The notes beneath the pieces were generated by a model that made no database searches, was not told where the DNA came from, and saw nothing but the letters and a program-made list of their open reading frames with translations. A stretch of DNA of 64,000 nucleotides from the NCBI GenBank assembly GCA_051362555.1, contig CM120642.1, forward strand, positions 18,228,001 to 18,292,000, read 5' to 3'. Shown here in pieces: positions 39,001-49,730 of the stretch. Every line of letters begins with the position of its first letter. Within the stretch, counting starts at the first letter, position 1. Source of the DNA: Lingula anatina. Taxonomy: Eukaryota > Animalia > Brachiopoda. The translations under genes and the position numbers were made by a program.

Positions 39001-42000
39001 CGTTTCATTACAGCCGTCCTTAAGGGGCTCTGGTCGTTCAATCAAGCCACATACACGCCAGGAAACTCATTCAGCGATAAGTCAACGCAGAATAATAAAG
39101 CAATCATCAATTCGGGATCTACGGCAACATTTGGTTCTGGATCTGGAACAGGGATAAAATTATCATCCGGTGCCTATATCTCCGTGTCCAACACTGATGG
39201 GGCATTCAGTAGCATGCTTGGAAGCTTTGCCGTGGTAATGGCGATAAAACCAACGGCACTGCAGCCGGCCACTCTGTTTGAGTTCAACAGTGATTATGGA
39301 TCCGTATACGGATCCAAAATAGAAATGGTTGCGGATCCGGCAGGATCGCTGAAAATCTACGCACCGCCGCCTATCTATGGTGAAATCAATGCAAGAACTG
39401 TTCAGGGGATTCTGAAACGTCGCAGCTGGAACTATCTCACCATTTCCTACGATTACCAGACAGGATCAATGAAGATTTACAGCGGGTCCGATTTAGTCAG
39501 AGACTATCAACTCACAGCGTTCCCAACATCTAATACAAAAGGGTTTCGGGTAGGAAAAGGGTTCACGACGTCTTCAACGTTTACAGGCCAAGTGGCGTGC
39601 GTGCAGGTGCACGACCAACCCATTACGACCAGTGCCAGCCTTAAAAAGATGTGGCAACTCTGTGGATATGAAGGTAGGTCACATATTTCTCTTTCTTGAA
39701 ATACCTCTTTGCAATTTTTGACATGCTTTATTTGTGATAAAGGCGATGGACCTTCTTTGTTGATATTTCTTCAATGCATTATGTATTATATTGGTTGCAT
39801 TGATATTTAATACTAAACTAATGACATATTCTATTTAGATTTATTTTCATATTTTAGTCCCTTCGGTTCGGGATTCTCTACCTGCAGGTAAGACTATTTT
39901 AAGTCTTCTTGACTTTTGTTAAAGTGTCTCACTCCTCGGTTGCACAGTTATTTTCTGTGTATTATGATCTACAACTCAGATATACAAATTTAATGTCACC
40001 ATGCAACAAAATATTGTCAAATATCGCATTTTGTCTTTGGCATTTCATGCATTTATAGAAAAAGTAAGTTGAAGGCTTCCTTGACGCTGCCATTGTAGAC
40101 ATTTGCAAATGATCGTCAGCGCACTGAATACGTTTTTGTTATATTTGTACAAAGCAATTAGCATGTATCTCGTGGCATCACAGTCCCATACAAAGTCATG
40201 TATTAATTGAATAAATTTCATGAAAAATTGTTATTATCATTGTATCCTTACACTTCATAAGTTTAGAACGCCGTACTGATATGTTTTCATGTTCATGAAC
40301 TTGTTTGTAACCTATTTGCAAATCTTGTTTTACTCAAATATTATTGCAATAATATAGCATCAGGTTGCCGTGGGTGATATGCTTTATCATGACCAGTATT
40401 TTTATTTATCATAATAAACATTTTGCATAATTATCATCACAGAATCTTCTATCAAAAGGTTGCCTAACGCCTATAGACCTCACCTTTGCTCTGGACGGTT
40501 CGTCTAGCATGAAGGACGAGCTCTTCAACAGCCAACTGGACTTCGTGCAAAACATGGTCGCCACGTTCGCTGTCGAGCAGTCTAAAGGTACCGCTTCGAT
40601 CTTTTTTTCCGTCTTACTTTAGGTTAGAAAACATACCTATATACATATTTTATGTCTTAATTGTCGCCAAAGTTTTTTCAGTAATTGCGTTATCAAAGAC
40701 CGGTGTACAAAGTAGAAAAGACATTGCCACTATCTACTACTGGTATATCTTTTATGGAATGCAAACCATAACACCTGTTTGCAAGTTGTTGCTTGTTTCC
40801 CTCGGAAAATTATCTAAACTTAGGACAAACCATAGGGTAGCTAAGTTAAGTTGCTTTTATTATCAGTGGCGGATCGAGAATTTTGTGAAGGGGGAGGGTC
40901 CAGTATTTTAGAGATTGACAGGCCTCGGATTGCAAGGCCGACCTTCACCCCCTTGGCGTCAGGTTCCGGACACGCTGGAAGACCCGAAAAAATTGGTGTT
41001 TTGGAGGGGAAGTGGCGCCATTTGGTACGCTTTAGAGCTATGATTCAGCTAGATATTGTTTGAAGCGTTTTTTTTTTATCTGAAATCAAAGGAGGGAGAG
41101 GGTCAGGACCCCACTGACACCCCCTTAATCCGCCAATGTATATTATCATAACATTGCATATTTTCTATTATTTTAGATCACGTTGGATTTGTAAGCTACG
41201 GCACAAAAATTGGCACATCTGTGGGTCTTAACAAGTTCAAAACAACGGCGGAGGTACTTGAAGGTCTTGGAAAATTAACCTCTCCTAAAGGGCTGACTAA
41301 CACCTATCTGGCGATAGAAGATATGATCAAGACACTGAATAATGGTAAGTTGTGCATGTTATATTACTTACACGTCCGCCCTCCTGTTCGCTCGCATGCA
41401 TGCAAACAAACACACCACACACACACATAGTAAAATGGATGTGCAACCCGAAAACTAGAATTAGATATATTTTTGAAAACTTTTAATGTTGAAGCTTTTG
41501 TATCTTCATTCTAAGACAAAAAATAATAAATTTACATTTTCTCAAATCACCTTTTCATTGTGAGAGAGTCCTAAGATTCATAATAACTCATTTCTCTCTC
41601 TCTCAAGGTGCACGCACTAACGTTCGCAAAATAGCCATCATTTTGACGGACGGACAATCTCATAATTCGAAACAAACAAACAAGGCCGCCAAAAATCTAC
41701 GTGGTTTGGGAGCTGAGCTCTACGTCATTGGTGTAGGGGTAAAAGACACAACGGGAGTGACGAAGTTGGCGGGAGATGCCTCCAGAGTATTTACCACGAC
41801 CGATTTTAAGAATGCGCTAGATCTGAAACGTAATATTGGATCAGCTGTTTGTGGGGGTAAGTCTTGGTGGAAATGACCCTAATAAATTCTTTGTCGTGCC
41901 ACACTGTCCACACACTGGAGTTCCGAATACCGATCGATATATAAACTTGTGGAAAATATACATGTGCAAGGTCCCATGTATGTTTTACATTGTACACTTG

Positions 42001-45000
42001 TGCCATTTTTCCATAAGTTTAATTTGTGTTATACCTACACTTGCTGGTCTTGTCCATCTATAGAGAATATTCCCAGAGACTATTGTCCTAACTTTGGATC
42101 GATCTATCTCTAAGGGAGTTCTCACTAAATTGCTATCAAGTTAAGTGGCCTAGATGTCTCGCACGCCCACTGAAGCTGTTAGAGGGCAATTAACTATCGT
42201 TCACTGCTTCAGTAAGCGTGTTAGACATCTAAGCCGTTCAAGTTAAAGGCAACCTAGCGAGAAATCCCTTGGAGATTGGTCGATCCAGTTAGGTCGATCT
42301 AGGCATGGGAACCCAGTCTATGTCTTTGCAGTAAACGCATCACTTTAGTTACCTATTACTGTATTTCTTGTTGCTCTGACATACAAGTCTTAAACATCTT
42401 GTTTAACCATTTGTATGAATAATGCAATTGTAAAATACCAGTCTGCCTCACGTTTCTCTCTTTACATCACTAATAAGAACACACTGTCATGGAAAGAGTT
42501 AAAACACTAGTGGAACAAAACTTGAGAACATATGAATATTTGCATTAGTTTTGTTGTAGATAAATGTTCCACAAATGTGTGTAGAAATGGTGGCACGTGT
42601 CACATGGGACCTGGTGGTAAAGAACGCTGTGATTGTGCCCCCGTCTTCACTGGCGACAAGTAAGATTTCACTTTCTTTCTTTGTCTATTATGTTAAATAA
42701 AAAAAGACCTCACTAAATTTCCTAAAGACTGACATTTGAATCTTGGCAAAAGCGTGTTTTTTGAGCGAATGGTCAAAAATGGTTCGGAATGTGTGACAAA
42801 AAAGTACCAAAAGACTCCCAGTATATGATCTCTTAATGGGAACAAATGTAAAAAAAAGTACGCCATGACTTACTTGAATATTCTATTGTGTGATTCAGAT
42901 GTGAGACAAACATCAACCAATGCGGCCTCAACAACCCATGTTTGAATGGTGCAACGTGTAAGGTGGATCTCAAGACTGCTGCCGTCCTCTGCTCTTGTCC
43001 GCCTGGGTTCAGTGGGAAATTGTGTAATATTAAAGATCCCTGCGCTAGTCTTATCTGTGCCAATGGTGGAAAGTGCCTAGCAAATGGAAAGAATGCCATT
43101 TGCAACTGCCCGAAAGGGTTCGCCGGTGATAGGTGCCAAACCATAATTTACTGTGCCTCACACCCTTGTCAAAATGGCGGGAGCTGTCAGGAGGGCAATG
43201 GGAAATATTCTTGTGTCTGCCAGCGAGGGTTTTCTGGGGTGAACTGTGAATTGCCCATTGACCATTGTTTGTCATCACCCTGTAAGAACGGTGCAAGCTG
43301 CTCCAGCGTTCCCGGTCAGTACATTTGTGTCTGTGCCGCCGATTTCACGGGTAAAACATGTGATAAGAAGATAGACAATTGCGCGTCCAGACCATGTCAA
43401 CATGGCGGCGCCTGTGTGGATGGAATCAATGACTTTTCTTGCAAATGTCCAAATGGGTTTAAAGGGAAAACGTGTAGCGAAATCGATGGGTGCCACTCAA
43501 ACCCTTGCCAGAATCAGGGTTTCTGTGTCGCGGTCGACAAATTGGGAGGATTTAAGTGTACGTGCCGTGCAGGATTCACGGGAACCAAATGTGAGAGCAA
43601 TATAGATGAATGTGCATCGCAGCCGTGTGTCAATAACGCTACATGTGTGGATGGTGTGAACTCGTTTCACTGCCAGTGCTATCCGGGTACCGAAGGATCA
43701 ACTTGTAGCATAGTTACCAACGGCTGCTGGTCAAGCCCGTGTAAGAACGGCGCCACGTGTAAAGGGAGGTTTGGAGGCTACACATGCCAATGTCCACCAA
43801 AATATACCGGCAAAAATTGCCAAACTGAGATCAATTTCTGCGCTTCGAACCCATGTCAGAACGGCGCCACGTGCATTGACGGGAAATCCGGATTCAGCTG
43901 CCGGTGTCTCAAACACTTCACAGGGCCTACTTGTGGGACAGCGGTGGATTACTGCGTGTCTTCGCCATGTCGTAATGGAGGCACATGTCAACGAAAACTT
44001 GGCGGCTACACATGTAAGTGCAGTGCAACATTTCATGGGGCTCACTGTGAGACTGCAGTCGACTTTTGCCGATCTTCACCGTGTTCAAACGGCGGCAAAT
44101 GTACAAGCCAGCCGAGCGGGTACCAATGCGTTTGTCCTCCGTTTTACACCGGCAAACAGTGTCAGACGCAAATAAATTTCTGCAATTCTTCTCCATGCCT
44201 GAATGGAGCAACGTGTAACAGTGTGTTGGGAGGTTACAGTTGTAAATGCAGTCCTTTTTACACCGGTAAACATTGCCAGACGCAAGTAGATTTCTGCAAT
44301 TCTTCCCCTTGTTTGAACGGAGCAACGTGTAACAGTGTGTTGGGGGGTTACAGTTGTAAATGCGGTCCTTTTTACACCGGTAAACAGTGCCAGATGCAGG
44401 TAGATTTCTGCAAGTCGTCCCCATGTTTAAATGGAGGTATAGGGGAGAGCGGGGTGGGTTGGAACGCGGGTAAGTTGGAACATTGGCTTTATTTCTTAAA
44501 CCACAAGACCGATCATGTGCTCCTTCAGCATAAAAATGTCACGTGGCATGGTCATTCATCCGGTAAACTTGTGGAAGTTTCGAAAATGCAGTAAAAGTTT
44601 TATGCGAAAAAAACTTATTTTTGCTACTCGAAGTAAGTTTTCATATTTTTGACATTCATCGTGCTGTAAACTAAAGTATAAGGATTATATCACTGAAATT
44701 GTGCATAGCGTTTAGGACCACCTTGATGTTCAAAAAGCTGTCGTTTTTTTTAAACACTTCCCACGTGTTAAAGAAATACAGTGTCATAAGTAGGCCATGA
44801 CGTCATGGGGGCTGGTCGGAACATTTGACATGGGGCCAGTTGGAACACTGTCAGGGGTGTTCCAACCCACCCCGCACGGTGTTTTTCATTTTTTTAAACC
44901 TCTCTAAATATTTTAATTTCAACTTTGAAGAGAGTAGTAACGTAGTAACCCAGTACAACTCCAACTGGAGACGGAATCTAGCTGATAGAACATCTCCATG

Positions 45001-48000
45001 ATGCCGGAATGTACATGCGTTTAGAAGATACAAGGGGGGATGGTCACTGCTTGTTAAATGCAGTTGCTAGCTGTTTGGTCGAATAGGGGTCTGCATGCCC
45101 ACTGTTGCTTTTTGCGATAAATTGCTTTTAAATGTGGAAGGAAATGTCGATTATTACTCTGCTTTTCGCGGCAAAATGAAAATATTCTAGCTGAGAGCCT
45201 ATGTTATGGATAAACTATACAACACCAATTCTGCCGATATTGTTTTAAATGCTTTGTGTAATGGATTGGGGGTTGCTGTCAATGTTTAGTGAACGAGGGT
45301 ACAAAATCCGCCAGAAAAGACAAACATTCACCTCGTAACTTAGGCAAAGATTCAGTTGAAATCTCAGTTGCCCTCACCGGAAGAGGTGCTACAACACACT
45401 AAAGCGCACTTAAGAAAACCCCAAAACAGCTCAAGTCCAGAGGCTCACCGTCGCAGTCCAAAGATTAAAAGAAGAAAACGATGCAGTGCAGTACTAACTG
45501 ACACACCTGAAAATGAGCTACTCGAAAAAGAAAAGGCCAAGCCCAACAAAATTAAAAAGGACAAGCGCAACAAAAATAAAAAACAGTTAAAGATTTCTAG
45601 TCGATAGAGAAAATCAAGAAAAAGGAAATTAAAGATGACCAGCGATTCTGTGTCAGAAGAAGAGTGGCCATGTCTGGTTTGTGGGGAGCCGTTCATTAAC
45701 AGCCGACCAAAAGAGAAATGGGTTAAATGCATTGTTTGTCTAAAGTGGTCACATGAAGACTGTAAGGGTGACCGAGTGTACATATGTCAGAACTGCGATT
45801 TTGATTCTGAGTTGTTGAGTTGAAAGAGATACAGTTTTCATTTGTAGGTCTAACATACTGTTATTAATAGGTTGAAATATATGAGTTCAATTTCGTTTCT
45901 CTTAAACTACACCACTTTTGTTATCATTATGAAATGAAGTGTAACTGGATATGGTTTATACATCGAAAAGACTATTTGAAAGCAAATTGTAAACGTAAAA
46001 AATGCTTACAAACTATGGAGATACGAATACAAAGTAACACTTACTTGTTGGGAAATTAATATAGATAATCCTACTCTTAAAATGAATTATACTTTGAATT
46101 TATATGCAAGCGTTCCAACTCGCCCTCTTGTTCCAACTCACCCCACTGCCTGTTCCAACTGACCCCGCGGGTGGGGTGAGATGGAACGTTTTAGGAGGCA
46201 ACTTTGAGCATTTATAACTCTAAAATAAAAAGACCTACTTGATGTTTTATTTCATAGATGAGTGCGGCATATAATTTTCCCCTATCAGATTTTTTATTTT
46301 TGTCCCCAAAGCTTTGACTGCTGAGATATCGCAAAAAACGTGAAAACTGTTCCAACCAACCCCGCTCTCCCCTATGTGTACCTCAGCTTGGTGGCTTTAA
46401 ATGCACGTGTCCTTCTTTCTACATGGGTAAAACATGCGGTACTCAAATCAATTTTTGTCAGTCTAATCCCTGCCAGCATGGGTCCACGTGTCAGCCTAAA
46501 CTTGGAGGTTATTCCTGTAGTTGTAACAATCATTACACCGGTATGCATTGTCAGACGCAGATAGATTTCTGCAACTCTTCCCCATGTCTGAACGGAGCAA
46601 CGTGTAACAGTGTGTTGGGAGGTTACAGTTGTAAATGCGGTCCTTTTTACACCGGTAAACATTGCCAGACGCAGATAAATTTCTGCAATTCTTCCCCATG
46701 TTTGAACGGAGCAACGTGTAACAGTGTGTTGGGAGGTTACAGTTGTAAATGCAGTCCTTTTTACACCGGTAAACATTGCCAGACGCAGAAAAATTTCTGC
46801 AATTCTTCCCCATGTTTGAACGGAGCAACGTGTAACAGTGTGTTGGGAGGTTACAGTTGTAAATGCGGTCCTTTTTACACCGGTAATCATTGCCAGACGC
46901 AGATAGATTTCTGCATTTCTTCTCCATGTTTGAACGGAGCAACGTGCAACAGTGTGTTTGGCGGTTACAGCTGCAAATGTGGTCCTTTTTACACCGGTAA
47001 ACATTGTCAGACTCAAGTAGATTTCTGCAAGTCGTCCCCATGTTTAAATGGCGGTATATGTGTCCCGCAGCTTGGTGGCTTTAAATGCACGTGTCTTTCT
47101 TTCTACATGGGTAAAACATGCGGTACTAAAATCAATTTTTGTCAGTCTAACCCCTGCCAGCATGGGTCCACGTGTCGGCCTAAACTTGGAGGTTATTCTT
47201 GTAGTTGTAACAATCATTACACCGGTAAACATTGCCAGACGCAGATAGATTTCTGCAATTCTTCCCCATGTTTGAACGGAGCAACATGTAACAGTGTGTT
47301 GGGCGGTTACAGTTGTAAATGCAGTCCTTTTTACACCGGTAAACATTGCCAGACGCAAGTAGATTTCTGCAATTCTTCCCCTTGTTTGAACGGAGCAACG
47401 TGTAACAGTGTGTTGGGGGGTTACAGTTGTAAGTGCGGTCCTTTTTACACCGGTAAACATTGCCAGACGCAAGTAGATTTCTGCAAGTCGTCCCCATGTT
47501 TAAATGGCGGTATATGTGTCCCGCAGCTTGGTGGCTTTAAATGCACGTGTCCTTCTTTCTACATGGGTAAAACATGCGGTACTCAAATCAATTTTTGTCA
47601 GTCTAACCCCTGCCAGCATAGGTCCACGTGTCAGCCTAAACTTGGAGGTTATTCCTGTAGTTGTAGGAATCATTACACCGGTAAACATTGCCAGACGCAG
47701 ATAGATTTCTGCAATTCTTCCCCTTGTTTGAACGGAGCAACGTGTAACAGTGTGTTGGGGGGTTACAGTTGTAAATGCGGTCCTTTCTACACCGGTAAAC
47801 ATTGCCAGACGCAAGTAGATTTCTGCAAGTCGTCCCCATGTTTAAATGGCGGTATATGTGTCCCGCAGCTTGGTGGCTTTAAATGCACGTGTCCTTCTAT
47901 CTACATGGGTAAAACATGCGGTACTCAAATCAATTTTTGTCAGTCTAACCCCTGCCAGCATGGGTCCACGTGTCAGCCTAAACTTGGAGGTTATTCCTGT

Positions 48001-48840
48001 AGTTGTAGCAATCATTACACCGGTAAACATTGCCAGACACAGATAGATTTCTGCAAGTCTGTCCCATGTTTGAACGGAGCAACTTGTAACAGTGTGTTGG
48101 GGGGTTACAGATGTAAATGTGGTCCTTTTTACACCGGTAAACATTGCCAGACGCAAGTAGATTTTTGCAAGTCCACTCCATGTTTAAACGGAGCAACTTG
48201 CAACAGTTTGTTGGGGGGTTACAGTTGTAAATGCGGTCGTTTTCACACCGGTAAACATTGCCAGACGCAAATAGATTTGTGCCAATCATCCCCATGTTTG
48301 AATGGAGCAACGTGTAACAGTGTGTTGGGAGGTTACACTTGTACTTGCGGTCCGTCTTACACCGGTAAACATTGCCAGACGCAGATAGATTTCTGCAAGT
48401 CGTCCCCATGTTTGAATGGCGCTACCTGTAAAAGTAACCTCGGTGGCTATCAGTGTATATGTCCTTCGTTTTACACTGGCAAGCATTGTGGGACCCAAAT
48501 CGATATCTGTCAGCCCAACCCATGTCAGCAAGGGTTCGCTTGCGCTCCAAAGTTTGGGGGCTACGACTGCACCTGCCCGCCTACCCACACGGGAATCCGC
48601 TGTGAGCAATGCCTGTGTCAGAACGGAGGTAGATGTGACTACAGTCCTAGTGACGGTCACGTGTGTCGCTGCAAGGCGGGGTTTATCGGGACGAAGTGTG
48701 AGACTGATGAGAACGAATGCATCAGCTACCCATGCTATCATGGCGTATGTAGGGACTTGGTTAACGACTATAAATGTGACTGTGACCCCGGATACACAGG
48801 TAAAAACTGTGACGTTAAGTCTGGCAGCTTGATTGGTTAA
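33017..48840 (+). CDS. Secreted LamG/ConA-like + VWA + about 36 EGF-repeat protein (fibropellin/Notch-like repeats), EGF exon interrupted by a transposon
   Basis: Exons 33017-33089 ([24 protein letters not shown], signal-peptide-like), 39014-39673 (LamG/ConA-like: WNYLTISYD...[12 protein letters not shown]), 39858-39887, 40459-40587 ([17 protein letters not shown] DxSxS; this acceptor is inferred from phase), 41177-41344, 41608-41856 (IILTDGQS), 42560-42659, and 42899-48840 minus the insertion 44442-46374. Phases are consistent; about 1805 aa if restored; no transmembrane segment seen. Confidence 0.8.
33547..36927. mobile_element. About 3.4-kb DNA transposon relic with long TIRs built of about 300-bp subterminal repeats (TAG termini, possibly Academ-like)
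   Basis: tagtccaggaatttggt at 33547 versus accaaattcttggacta ending at 36927. Four direct units on the left (acaagcat at about 33587, 33887, 34193, 34506) and two inverted on the right (about 36310-36890). TSD unresolved; no recognisable transposase ORF. Confidence 0.7.
37113..38813 (-). mobile_element. Tandem dimer (about 815-bp period) of a second Helentron-type non-autonomous element
   Basis: On the minus strand each unit ends ggggaatcct-ccgcc, hairpin actggct...agccagt, then CTAGTT (ctag at 37115 and 37930). The head has palindrome attcccctatggggaat, itself duplicated (38714-38760, 38761-38810), plus an (AAT)n microsatellite; tgaccttga motifs lie inside. Confidence 0.75.
40864..41138. 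mobile_element. hAT-type MITE
   Basis: Termini CAGTGGCGGAT / ATCCGCCAATG; 8-bp flanks tttattat / tatattat (1 mismatch) are consistent with a TSD. Confidence 0.75.
42061..42320. mobile_element. Fold-back MITE-like palindrome
   Basis: cctaactttggatcgatctatctctaaggga...ggcctagatgtctc...ctgaagc pairs with gcttcag...agacatctaagcc...tcccttggagattggtcgatccagttagg; the ends read TAGA...TCTA. Confidence 0.65.
42899..44441 (+). CDS. EGF-repeat exon, part 5' of the transposon (EGF 2-15)
   Basis: ORF 42942-44594 has repeated CxxxPCxNGxTC...YxCxC...GxxC units and runs into the TIR after ...PCLNGGI. Confidence 0.85.
44442..46372 (+). mobile_element. 1931-bp Tc1/mariner-superfamily (pogo-like) non-autonomous DNA transposon inserted in the EGF exon
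   Basis: TIR ggggagagcggggtgggttggaac / gttccaaccaaccccgctctcccc; TA TSD at 44440-44441 and 46373-46374. Removal restores GGI-CVPQL, identical to downstream repeats. Subterminal ttggaac/gttccaac repeats; an internal relic has a Lys-rich stretch and a PHD-type finger (45635-45823). Confidence 0.92.
45356..45823 (+). pseudogene. Transposase C-terminal relic (basic region plus PHD-like zinc finger)
   Basis: SAVLTDTPE...KKK, a stop, then [10 protein letters not shown]...[15 protein letters not shown]...YICQNCD; this tail is typical of DDE_1/pogo-like transposases. No catalytic core seen. Confidence 0.65.
46375..48840 (+). CDS. EGF-repeat exon, part 3' of the transposon (EGF 15-36)
   Basis: Resumes [12 protein letters not shown] in frame with ORF 46423-48840; near-identical 114-bp (38-aa) units; stop at 48838-48840. 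Confidence 0.85.
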   Translation, partial: CVPQLGGFKCTCPSFYMGKTCGTQINFCQSNPCQHGSTCQPKLGGYSCSCNNHYTGMHCQTQIDFCNSSPCLNGATCNSVLGGYSCKCGPFYTGKHCQTQINFCNSSPCLNGATCNSVLGGYSCKCSPFYTGKHCQTQKNFCNSSPCLNGATCNSVLGGYSCKCGPFYTGNHCQTQIDFCISSPCLNGATCNSVFGGYSCKCGPFYTGKHCQTQVDFCKSSPCLNGGICVPQLGGFKCTCLSFYMGKTCGTKINFCQSNPCQHGSTCRPKLGGYSCSCNNHYTGKHCQTQIDFCNSSPCLNGATCNSVLGGYSCKCSPFYTGKHCQTQVDFCNSSPCLNGATCNSVLGGYSCKCGPFYTGKHCQTQVDFCKSSPCLNGGICVPQLGGFKCTCPSFYMGKTCGTQINFCQSNPCQHRSTCQPKLGGYSCSCRNHYTGKHCQTQIDFCNSSPCLNGATCNSVLGGYSCKCGPFYTGKHCQTQVDFCKSSPCLNGGICVPQLGGFKCTCPSIYMGKTCGTQINFCQSNPCQHGSTCQPKLGGYSCSCSNHYTGKHCQTQIDFCKSVPCLNGATCNSVLGGYRCKCGPFYTGKHCQTQVDFCKSTPCLNGATCNSLLGGYSCKCGRFHTGKHCQTQIDLCQSSPCLNGATCNSVLGGYTCTCGPSYTGKHCQTQIDFCKSSPCLNGATCKSNLGGYQCICPSFYTGKHCGTQIDICQPNPCQQGFACAPKFGGYDCTCPPTHTGIRCEQCLCQNGGRCDYSPSDGHVCRCKAGFIGTKCETDENECISYPCYHGVCRDLVNDYKCDCDPGYTGKNCDVKSGSLIG

Positions 48841-49527
48841 AGTATTGTCAGTTTTATTTACAGTTCAAAACCCTTTCACACTTTTCTGTATTGCACCAAT
48901 TTGAGAGATTGTCAATTTTGTAGCCTGGCTTTTTCATATGAGAGCCACTTTAACCCTCTACTTGATATGTCCACTTTACAGGTATAATTTTGATCCATAA
49001 TTAGTATATTGGTGCTTGTTTAAGAGACAAAAAAACCTTGGCAGCGTAATTACACATTAAGAGCAGTCAAACTGGTACGATACAGAAAAGTGTACCCTAA
49101 AAAGGGCCACAGAGACTAAGACTAAATGCACATGTTTTTGCTGGAAATAAGTCCTTTAGTTGTAGTTCCTAAATAGCATTTTGTGTTATAATAAACGAAC
49201 AATGTCTTCATTCTGTTGGCATTACGAGAAGGCATTCGGTCACATCTAGCTTATTTGCGACCATAGCTTTAAGTAATATTTGTCTCTTGAACTTTTATTT
49301 GTTTAATTGGATCGCTTAAATTTTAAGAATAGTTTACGGAATTTATGAAATATGTAAGGCAAGGCCTTTAAGTAAAAAAAATGTGACCACAGTCACATGT
49401 TTGGTATATACATGGATGTTTTTGTGTGATGCGAAAAGATGCTCCGACTGAAAGCTGCATTGCAATTGGCTGGATTTCAAATTTCTTTGGATTTACAGAT
49501 TGGTCAACACATTATGTTTTCAGAATG

Positions 49528-49658
49528 CCGGTGTAACGAAACTGAGGGTCCGTGTAACAGTAAGTCCGCCCTCCATTTAGTTATAATGGTTAGGGTTAGG
49601 GGTCAAAATCTAGGGCTAGGCTTACCTATACTAATGAATTGGAAGCGGACCCTCTATA

Positions 49659-49700
<42 letters not shown>

Positions 49701-49730
49701 GGAGGGGGGATCTGTGTCATGTTACACCGG
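49528..49730. mobile_element. MITE family A, reverse orientation, with expanded poly-G
   Basis: ccggtgtaacgaaactgagggtccgtgtaacag...ggttagggttaggggtcaaaatctaggg...gttacaccgg is reverse-complementary to 31996-32172. Confidence 0.7.

Noticed and set aside
40443-40458. CAG acceptor ending at 40442 for the first VWA exon
   Set aside because: It is phase 0, incompatible with the preceding phase-1 exon; the AAG ending at 40458 fits, unless an unseen micro-exon exists.
44437-44475. Rescue splicing from donors at 44437 (GTATAG) or 44470 (GTAAGT)
   Set aside because: Both are phase 1 and would frameshift onto the phase-0 acceptor at 46386; only the 44454 donor works.
46340-48832. Many overlapping antisense and alternate-frame ORFs
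   Set aside because: Shadows of the 114-bp EGF repeat.
42942-48840. Calling the EGF gene Notch, Crumbs or fibropellin
   Set aside because: No LNR, TM, ankyrin, CUB or avidin domain is visible, and the N-terminus is LamG plus VWA, so no gene symbol is assigned.
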